NCBI GenBank assembly: GCA_002633005.1
Contig: NMRA01000396.1
Span: 179,199-243,198 of the forward strand
Direction: 5' to 3'
DNA: 64,000 nucleotides
Source of the DNA: Phoronis australis
Taxonomy: Eukaryota > Animalia > Phoronida
Within the stretch, counting starts at the first letter, position 1, and each line of letters opens with the position of its first letter. Both the position numbers and the translations under genes were made by a program. Below the pieces are notes generated by a model. It did not search any database and was not told where the DNA came from. It was given only the letters and a program-made list of their open reading frames with translations. Below, piece by piece: positions 53,873 to 64,000 of this stretch.

Positions 53873-56800
53873 GATTGCTGTAGCTGGACCTTCTGATGTG
53901 TGTTCTTACCCTGAAAAGTATAATATAGTTTAATTCCTGTTTCACTATTCCAACTCCTTCGCCCTTGATCTTATATGTTGTACGAACTCTAAACTATTTT
54001 TACGCCTCATTGTTACATAAGTACAAATTCAAAAACAAATTCGTGATTGTCGGTTCGAATACATAATGATTTTGGTAAACAGTGTACTTAAAGAGGTAAG
54101 TAACGTGAGAACTCATAAAAAATGCATGTGCGTGTTAAATGGATAGTGACGAATGTAGTTCTTGGGGATGCCAGCGAGAAAACTATTCACTTTCACAATT
54201 CCAAGAACTTCAAGAACAAAAAAGGTATTTGCTATTTTTGAAACACAGACGAAATAAAACATCTGTCATTTCAGTCTAGTTTTCAACTTTTCCACCGCTA
54301 ATAATATGCGCTCAAGGAAGACGGGCTGGCTGCGGCTTGAAATTGCCATTATTATGTTTACATCAAAGCTCAGGGTTGACATTCCCTTGCATGTACACGT
54401 ATGGGGGAAATGCGCTACGTCTACGTCTTTCCATAACAAATAAGAAGGTGTGCTTTGCCTTGTGACGGATCGGGAAATTTGAAACTAAAGCGAAAATGCT
54501 TTGACATCAACGGAAAATATGTGATGCGCAGTTTGAATTCTGTTTCAGTGGCAGATAATCATTTTGAACAGTGCGATTTAATCTGCTGTTCACGCTGTAT
54601 GTGAATTTAAGAAGCAGACATCCAAATACACTTATATTGGTGTGTCTTACGAATACCACACGAAGAGAATATCAGAATTTACTTTACTGCTTTGTTTTCA
54701 ACGACAATGGAAGGAAAGCTGAAAAAACAAACCATGAATTAAACCTAATTATTAGCAAATGACGCTTGCACACTTCAGGTAACTTGCTGATAAGCTTATG
54801 AATGCAATCTATACAAACTGTCCTAACAAAAGATATGTACATGTACGAAAAAATACAATGACAAAATATTATTTTATTTTATATTGCCTGGGCTTACAAT
54901 AAAAAAGTAAATAATATGTCAGCACGTTTTCAAGATGGTCACTAAATTGCTTAAGAATAAAACATAATTAACATCGTTAGCACACGATACGCTACAATTG
55001 AAACTTACATGTAAGTACAGTCTGGAGTCACGCATTGTGATCCTCGTATGCAATAAAATAGTACGACAAATGTGCAGGAACACTTAAATTCAATTCATAG
55101 GAACCAAAACATGTTCAAAATAATTTGAAGTTCGAGTTCAGTTTATTTACCAGCCCCAAAACCATAGCAACTTAGATCTATTGTATGATACTTTTTCGGT
55201 TAATTTATCCCGCCATGACACTAGCGCATTCCATCAACAACTTGCCACTTAAAATATTCATTCCTTTTCTACGTTAGCTCATTCATTGCTACTCTGCAAT
55301 TATAGAGACACAAGTTGCCCAACATCTCTAGCTAGATCACTGGGTAGACCACAAAACATTAGCTTTCACATGCGTGCACCCAGGGGGGAGCTCGGGGAGC
55401 AAAGTGGGAAAAAAGTCCGCCTCAGAGAAACAGAAAGTCCTAGAAATCGAGACAAAAGTCCACTAAACAGGCGCAGACGCACAGTGAAGGTGGTAACCCT
55501 TTTTTAGTTATTTTTTTGCCAGCGACAGGTCCACATCGTCAGAAAGTCGAGCCCCCAAATTAAAGGTTGGGTGAGAGCATGTTTCACTCTTCGCCTATAG
55601 CACGGAAACAGTAAAATCAATGCAAAAATCCATCATTTCTATATCTATGATATTTGTGTTTGTCTTGTGTTCTATTCATTTTTACGCAAATTTCTTTATT
55701 AATGAAAGTGTAAACGTAAACTGTGATATTATTTGATGATGCTTGTAATTGGTGTATAGTAACACGCTTTCAATTTATTTGAAGGGTGTTCATTGTCTTC
55801 AATTGTAATCAAGTTTCAACTTGTGTTTTTAACTCGCCCCAACCCGGATAGATCTCCATTGATTCATTTATTGGCCCGATCGCAGTTAAATACTAAACAC
55901 ATAACATTGCCATTCTTATCGACGTTTCAATATTACTCATTATCATCACCAGGGCTACAGTCATTACACAGATGCAATAATTCTGTTCAGTGGAACAAAT
56001 CTACCACAACGCATACCACAGTACTGAAGGTCTAAGCTCACTCACAGCTCTAAATGTACGTAGTTTGCGCACGCAGCTAAGTTCAATGTGTTAGCTTAGC
56101 TTTTGATTTTTGCAGGCACCGATTATATGTTTCGATGCATGTATAACATACACTGCACAAAGAAAGGATTCATATTAACTTCAAACATTAAAATAGCAGC
56201 CAAATTCAGGTCCAACAACCCCAAATAAGATTTTACTTCCACACTGAAATCTCACGAACTGTAATTGTGCCTCGAGAAAAAATACTCCTTCGTAAAGAAA
56301 TTGATATTAATAATCTAAAACGTGCATCTTTCCATTCGTAAGTTTGACCGAGATTGGACTAACTAAAATGATTTAACCCAGTTTTATGAAATTTTGCAAG
56401 TCCAAGATTAAGACTGAAAGTTAGCTTGCTGCGGAGTAGGCTTATTGCAGGAATTTTGGTTTCATTGATTTGAATTTACAGTACGACTTTGTAATACAGC
56501 CACTAAATTATTATAAATCGTCCGGTCTGCCTCACGCCTGGCCAGGCCGGAGCGTAACCGTACCGCTGGCTTGAGATAAGTCAGTCACGATCTTCTCACG
56601 CTTACGCTCTGTGTAGCCCTCACGCTTACCTCGGGTTTAGTTATTAACGACTTCATCACGCCTCCTTTACGCTTTCCTCAAGCCTTCAGTAGCTGTGGCA
56701 ACATACCGTGATGGTGTGCCGAGCTAATAAAAACCATCACAGATCTGAGTGTACAGGAGGCGTTCTTGGTGTACCTGTAGAACAACCCATTGTTTTGGCA

Positions 56801-57169
56801 TATTATACCACTGTTTTCCGACAAACTCCGCAATTTCTCGTATTGATCATACAATGAGACTCCTATAACTCGTCTGATGTTACATTTATGTTGTCCAATT
56901 TATTATCATGTCCCATCAACGACTTAACCGTGGTTAGTACAGCTTTAGACCACTTTAGCGGCCTGAGGTAAAGAGGAACGAACGGGATGCTCTATGCGTT
57001 CAATCATGTTTACACTGCTGCCGACTCCATGAAACTCATCCCAGCTGGATAGACCTAAAAATAGCCCATGCATCTTGACTCACGTACTCATGTATTGTCA
57101 CTTTGTGGATTCTTGCATCGTACTCGTGGAGCAGAACTTTTCAAAAAGTTCGGGTGACGCCTTTTCTGA

Positions 57170-57252
57170 AATCCCCTCGATCACCACACCTCACAACCCC
57201 CTCGAACCACAACCCACTCGACCCACGACCCCCTCGACCCACGACCCACAAT
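57170..57252. repeat. Short C-rich tandem repeat (GACCCAC/CCCTCGA units)
   Basis: CCCCTCGAACCACAACCCACTCGACCCACGACCCCCTCGACCCACGACCCAC visible directly. Confidence 0.7.
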
Positions 57253-58399
57253 TATGTTTATATCTTTGTCATTGATTACTTTAGAAATATCAAAACAAGG
57301 CAAGCAGACTTTTAAAAGACTTAGGAGCCGCTTGGATAAAAGCCACTAAAATCTACACATGTAGTTAGTCTAACATAAACTAAGTATTTGTGTCAACAAT
57401 TTATCCCACTACAGGAGCGAAGCATCAACCTGTGTTGGGTATCAACAAAATGATTATATATCTATGTAAAGTGTGTACGTGTACAAAGGAAAAGTATATG
57501 AGGACCACAATATGAATTACCGATGCAATAATGGGAGAAATTGAATAAGGTACAGACTAAAAATGATATATTTTAAATTTCAACATGGTTGACTCAACAA
57601 AGGAAAATTTAATGAATTACTATTACAAAGTAAAAAGAACTAAAAATAAAGAATAAAAAATGGCTAGGACTGTATATCTATATGGTTGTATGATTGAAAT
57701 TCATTACAACTCGCAGGAATACAAGAATAAGGGTGATAGGTAAGACGCGTCTCTCTAATACTTATAAAATTTTAAAACTTTAGCGATGCTGAGATGCACA
57801 TATTCGGCAGTTTGTTTTTGAGCATTTTTCTGAATTGTTTTGTAACAGGTGAGGTTTGGGGTTGAGAAAGCGTGAATGCAATGAGAAAATGTCTTTTCAA
57901 TTATGTTTTGTGGAATAATATAACAATTAATAATTTCTGGAAGAAAGGTTGCGGAGGCTCTTCGCTTTAGTGCGTGGTATTGGCAATAATGGGTTAAGCG
58001 GTATTAAACAATAATCGGCGAATCTTGAGGGGAGATTTCTTTCTAGTTTGGATGAATCAAGCTTGAAATCATCATGGAAATCTGAGAAGTGTGTTACAAG
58101 AATAATAGAAAAAATTTAGACAGGAAATATGAAAAATGTTGTTGAAGGAAAGAAGATTCATAAACCGAAATAATGGGTCGGTACAGTATGAGCTACGAAA
58201 TATGATAAGCTAACATTTCGAACAACTCGTTTTGTTGTAATACTTGTAGTCGATACAGAACATTGACTAAAGCACAAGAAGCAGCTCTACTTGCTTTCTT
58301 GTAAGCATGTGCCTTCAGCGACAAATTACAACACATGATTCTGGCCGTACTTTTAAAAAACTCTGGAAGAATATGTGTATAGTATCCATTAACTTCCTA

Positions 58400-58850
58400 A
58401 AATTACACTTACCACTAGATTGACCGATCACTCTGCTACACTAGGTGACCATATTTATGGGAAATATTCCTGTATGCTGGAACAGTCTCACGTTGGGATT
58501 CTACTATCGTCTCCATCTGACCACTGCCACACCGTCATAATAATTGACACCAAAACAAAGCATGAACTCGAGTACCCTGATACGTTAAGGCACATACCCC
58601 ACTGAAGGAACGGTCAATACGTGATCTCAAAGAAGAACTTTAACTTAATAAATGACCAACTCATACTCAATGAGAGTAATGCCTTTAACACAAATTACAA
58701 CGTTTCCTCTCGAACTTTAACTGATTTAACGAACTAAGGCTTACCCTCCAAAATCAAAAAACATTAAACAAATACGAGCATAAACTAAACGCATGGATAA
58801 CAATGGCATTATGATGTCAATGATAAGACAAATTGTATAGACAACTTACC
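58400..58850 (+). pseudogene. CR1/L2-type LINE ORF2 remnant (end of APE endonuclease and linker)
   Basis: TRLTDHSATLGDHIY...GILLSSPSDH matches PTR.T..S.TLIDHI...SDH; downstream AWIT at ~58790 matches PWIT. Confidence 0.7.
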
Positions 58851-59177
58851 TCCACGATTTAGGACTACTAGCATGAACATAAATGAGGAAGTATACACAG
58901 TTCACAGTTTATATCTAATACAACAAGAATGAAATGTCAAATAATAAGTCCGCTAATGTACAATATTTCATGCATTTCATTACATATTCATGATACATTT
59001 CTGCTAATTGTGTTGATTTGATAGCATTAAAGGGGGTTTGATTATAATTGGTCAATTCAAATCTCTGTCAACCCAGGAGTAAAATCTAGCAAAATAACGT
59101 GATCATCTGAAACTACATCGCGGTATCTCAAACTTTTACTCCCGTTCTCGCCAAACACTTAAAAACTTGGTCTACTG

Positions 59178-59516
59178 CATAGGCGGATATAGGGGGGCAG
59201 GGGGCCCGGGCCTCCCATCCCTTGGCTGCCTCAAAAAATAAAACAGCAAGAGCGTAGGGAAATGTTGAATTCATTAATTAACCCTGGTAATTAAAATTAT
59301 ACGGCTGAAACAAAACTTAAATGTGTGCAGTTTTAATGTTTTTTTTTGGGGGATCGGGGCTCAGATCCAATTTCAAGTGTCAAATTCGGAACACGGCGCA
59401 TTCGTAACGGAACTATGGCTAAGTATAAGCTCTCCCGCGATATCCCAGGCGACCGGCAGTGGCGCTGCGCACTGNCAAAATGTTGCCCCCCATGTGATAT
59501 CCTAGATCAGCCACTG
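59178..59516. mobile_element. MITE with CA..GGCGGAT.TAGG termini
   Basis: TACTG-CATAGGCGGATATAGG ... CCTAGATCAGCCACTG-TACTG: imperfect TIR and 5 bp duplication; N at 59475. Confidence 0.7.
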
Positions 59517-60392
59517 TACTGACGTCGAATAAGCATCGGAAATGGCGCCTGATACAAAAATTCAGACGAGGTAATTCGAAAACTTGTCACATAGACAAAC
59601 CTACGTCGGTGACGACCAGGACTCCGTAAGTCTAATTTTGCGCCCACTGTCATGCCGCCATCGTCCCCTGTAGGCTTCTATCGGATACTTCCCGATGCCC
59701 CTCTGTAAAAGTCCCGATGACTGCATAGTCCCGTATGCCGTAATAGCGCGTAATAACTGTTTTGATTACTATTTCATGATAGAGATACTAATATCACACA
59801 CTGTTTTCTCATGGATGTTAAACTTAAGATTTGTGATACTAACATATACTGTTATGGCACACTAAAAGGGAAAGACGCGTTACATGAATACAAATACTAG
59901 TAACACAGTTCTACATTGATGCACAGGACACGACATCCGAACAAGAATGCAGTTTTACGTAAAACAATTTCCATAAACTTGCAAGTTTCAAACGGTGTAT
60001 AAATGAATACCTAACTCTGAAGAATTACAAGCATATCATGTCAATGTCAACGTATTATCAGATGTCGCGTGAAAATTGAGAAAAATCACTTTGATCATGA
60101 AAGTTTATCGTTTAAGGTGCGCGTCTAGCATGGTTCCACCCCGCCCACGTATTGCGCCGCCGTTTTGGCCAGAGACGTATCAACATGGACGGGGGGTTCT
60201 GTGGATTCAAGCCCCCTCGAGACAGGATGAAAAATAAAAAAATTAAAAAAATTTCGCCAGGAAAACGAAATCAGCTACTAGGAAACAAAAAAAATTCTTA
60301 CACGGGAGGGAAAGCGCTTCCTGACCTTTTCTCTGCTAAGCGCCACGCGCCTCGGATTCAGCGCGAATCCCAAACCCAACCTTACTGAAAAC

Positions 60393-60749
60393 CATAGACT
60401 ATACATGTAGTTCATGGACGGCCAACTCCGTATACATGTACATTCAATGGACGAAATCTGTGATCTGACGCATAAGCCCTTACATCATTATTCACTGGCG
60501 ACATCTGGCTAAATTTTCTGGTGCAATTTCCGGCAAGTACGTCGTCTGCTAATCATGGTCGGCTACTGTGTGGCCAGTTGTTTGGCCACACGCCCGAAAT
60601 GCAAAGGAATTAGCTTCCATACCATCCGAAGATCCCATAATCAGCTGCGGGAAGAAAAGCTTACTTCTTGTATAAACGTGAATGGCAGTTGTTTCAGCAA
60701 TAAGACTTTAAACATTTGTTCAAGGCACTTCGAAGATGAATGTTTTTAA
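60393..60749 (+). mobile_element. Left end of a P-like element with degenerate THAP domain ORF (60555-60749)
   Basis: CATAGACTATA terminus; ORF MVGYCVASC...GISFHT...ICSRHFEDECF has THAP C2CH ligands but lacks the conserved P and W. Confidence 0.65.
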
Positions 60750-61503
60750 GAGGCTCTACTACTTAATCCTGTCCTCACAAATCCATTTTTCTTTTCTCTA
60801 TTTTGAAGAAAACTATCTGGTAAAATTTTGACGAAAATTGTTCGCTAAATTTCTTCCAAAGGTAGTAACTAATGAATTCCTGTCCTTACGAGGAGCTTCA
60901 GTCATGATAGTCTAGTGAGCGAATTAACCAATGCTCTTCGCTGGCCCTGATCAGACGGTTGGTCTCAGCAGGCCAGATTACGCACATTTGGCTAGGATCT
61001 GGAACAGCGATTTCAACAAATGCACATTCGTGTACAAATAAATAGAACGCTGGAAAAACCTTTAACACAAATAAATATTACATTAATACTCCAGAAATAA
61101 CCAACTGGATCAGTCAAACTCTATCTCGCAATTCAACAGCAGGTTACACACTCATTTCATGTCGAATATATGCCGCAAAAATCTCTCGACTGCAGTATAT
61201 GAAAGTGCAACCAACTTCTTTGAAAACATGGAACAGGAAAAAAACAGAGGGGTGTGAAAGTTGTTTTTATTCTCCAATGTTATTTTTTTTAAGCGGACAA
61301 TTGGTTTTTAAATTTCCGCCTTAAGTCCTAACATTTCCAAACTTAAGCCATTTAAATCAACGTTTATGACGAAAACAAAATTCTTCAACCAGTTTTGTAA
61401 AATCCTATGCCATCTGTAGGGTAAATAATGAACCAATCCCACTCCTAATGTAACAAAAGGGTCCCGTGCATAAAGGATACTAAATATTGCACTTCTGAAA
61501 TAT

Positions 61504-61575
61504 TACCGTATTCGCCCTTATAAGAAGCCAGGGCGCTTAGAAAAATCCGCTTCAGGAAGTGGGCGCTTATTATAG
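61504..61575 (+). mobile_element. pogo/Tigger-like terminal fragment
   Basis: TA-CCGTATTCGCCCTTATAAG with a repeated GGGCGCTTA subterminal motif; no partner end found. Confidence 0.35.
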
Positions 61576-63498
61576 CCCAAAAGTGGTTGAAACCGGTCTC
61601 CGAAACAGGTGAAATCGTAAGCTAGAATTCATCAAATTTATGCTCTTTGACGAATCTGTAACCTATGACAGAGTTTCTACAAAACTGCAGTGCATTGCTA
61701 TCAAACCTTGTTGTCAGTTTACGAGCATTTTTCAGAAAATCCCAGTGCCAAAATTGGCCGTGAATCAGGTTTCAAGCTCCTCAGCTTGGTTTAACTATAT
61801 ATTAGTAAACCATAAAAATGGTTCCAAGTGATCAGTGCAATGCCTGCGCACGTCTAATAAATGTGTACCATGCAGCTCCTGATTTAAACAAAGGTCTGTT
61901 TTTCAATTTTGGCCCGGCATAAATAACGCCACAGACCGGAAAATCCAGCGAAGCACTTCTACCTTACATATCTGACAAGCCCTAGTCTCAGAAAATTTGA
62001 GCACCCGGCAAAAGATACTAATGATGAAATTCTGGTGATGATAATCACCCACTTTGTTTATTTACGTCACCTCAATTTGAAACACTTGGTAAAATGAAGC
62101 CCATTCGAGTAAGCATCATGTGGGTCCCAATGCCAATCCAATATACATGTATGATAGAACCCAACAAGCTCAAGTTGCAGTCAAATCAGGATGGGCATAA
62201 ATAAGGAAATTTACTGTATCAACAGATTGGCCAAATAAGAATAAGATACAAAGTGTTGCCACAGTGCACACGTGCACGATACTTGGTCTATTATTTTCCC
62301 GCCGCAAATGCATGAACCAATCAGATCACCAATGGCGCAAAGTTTTTGAAAACAGCTCGATTTTCAGAGAGTCCTGTTACTGTTCTATTTATTTTCAAAA
62401 CTTTATTGTGTTACATTTAATTTATTTTCTGTTCAACTGAATGAAGCCACTTAATATGAATGCATTCACCACAATTAATGCATTGTAAAAACCAAAAGTT
62501 ATGCTCTATCAACGTTAGACAAAATCAGTACACCCCTTTCTTAAAATATGGGTTAAAAGTTAGAAACAAAGGACACAGGTTTCCATCACTTGTAACGTCG
62601 ATTTTCGACATTGATGTTGGGAAGGAACATCAGTCTGGTGACAGCAACACAAAATCGTACGAAGGCGATGATTTTCAAAATTTGATTCGTTTTCGTTGTA
62701 TGTCTTTTTCCCTATGGCTCAGGGATCTGAACCCGGAACAAGAACTGGAGGAGGCAGGGTTCCTGATAACGTTGTGGAACGTTTTCATCCAACCTTCCCA
62801 GATGAAAACTTGAATGAAGAGGACCTTCAGTACTTGAGTGAGCATGGCATGCTGTGTGGTTTATGTTGAATTATTCAACGGTTCTTTTAAGAACCATTTT
62901 ACGCTATACCTACAACCTACGGCGCTTTTAAAGGCCACTCAACACTTCCCAGTAGAACTGCTCACATTTGGTCTCAAACGTTAGTTCCCCTGTTGTAAGG
63001 TTTTAGTGCAGTGGTATTGTCTGTGTTGTCTCTTGTAGTTTTTGTAAAATACAAGTTTATTGTATTCTCGTTGACGTATTCTGATTTCTTCACAGTTGCA
63101 AAGGTTGACACAACAGCTTTTGTAGAGGGCAGCGCACAAAACGTATACTGCGTAGTTTTGAGTTTAGTAAACAGCAGTTAGCGTACGATGTCCATTCACG
63201 CTACCTACACTGGTAACACCTATACCGATTGATTAGCACGGAAATTTTGTGTATTCAAGGGTTATTGGCTAAATAATGCCTGTCGCTCTTCAGCATATCT
63301 GAACGCTATTCTATTGTTTGAAGTTGAATATTAAAGCGATAGCGATGACGGATATTCCACACAATACAAACCGTCAACACGTCAATTTTAACATCGGTGC
63401 CAGTCAATGAGGGAAATTTCTGATATCATGTGACACCTGTATGCTACGGGTCTTACGATCAAAAATCATAGAACTCTAGCCTTCTATTACCAACACAC

Positions 63499-63649
63499 GG
63501 CGGGCGTTCAGTAAGTTCAGGACCTACGCTAGGACCTAGCTAAAATCTAGCCAAAGTCATGTGATCTGATTTAAAATACTCGGCAATATCTCACGTAATC
63601 TCGCGAATTCTTGCTTTTAGCGAGGTCCTATCGTTACTGAACGGGAGGC
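63499..63649. mobile_element. ~150 bp MITE, copy 2
   Basis: CGTTCAGTAA ... TTACTGAACG inverted ends; matches 17529-17685. Confidence 0.75.
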
Positions 63650-64000
63650 AGATCTCGCGGCCGCTGAAGTGCTCTGCGCATGCGTGGGAGATGTTTGTAT
63701 TTGTTTGTTCCGGTGTGTGTACCTGCTACCTAATTTAGTGTCATTAAAACTGTCCGCATCTCCACCGTGTTTTAACCGAATTCCATAAGAGCCATATCAT
63801 TAGAAAGCCTTTTGTCAGTACATGGTGATTGTACCAGAAGCAAAAGATAAATAATTTAATTATCGTTTTGCTTACCCAATTTACCTGATTTAAAAATATT
63901 TTTAATTCTGAAAACCAATGGTGTTACCAAAATGCGAAAATAACAGCGTGTAATAGTAACACAGAAAAGGAAATGCATCAGAACTGTATATAAAAGACTA

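Noticed and set aside
57780-58150. Penelope-like remnant on the minus strand
   Set aside because: Only a vague resemblance (RTKAKSLRN); too weak to call.
62460-62813. 117 aa ORF as a gene or exon
   Set aside because: No motif, paralog or clear splice signals; could be UTR or decayed repeat.

Overview
AT-rich, repeat-dense animal genomic DNA, probably a marine invertebrate (lophotrochozoan-like; the taxon is an inference), with no prokaryotic features. It holds two paralogous minus-strand genes for secretin-superfamily, Methuselah-like (class B3-type) GPCRs with a somatomedin-B-like, Cys-rich ectodomain. Each is encoded by one ~2.2 kb exon plus a small upstream signal-peptide exon that the ORF track misses (13350-13404 and 53818-53872). 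Between them lies a decayed third copy reduced to its 3' flank, which stops at a 1.1 kb degenerate (TTAGGG)n array. The rest is transposon debris: Academ, Kolobok-like, THAP/P-like, hAT-like, CR1-like and RNase H LINE fragments, a Helentron-type element, MITEs and microsatellites. Three single-N-flanked near-identical duplications are most likely uncollapsed haplotypes. TACATGTA is strongly over-represented and looks like a Tc1/mariner excision footprint. All alignments and counts were done by eye.
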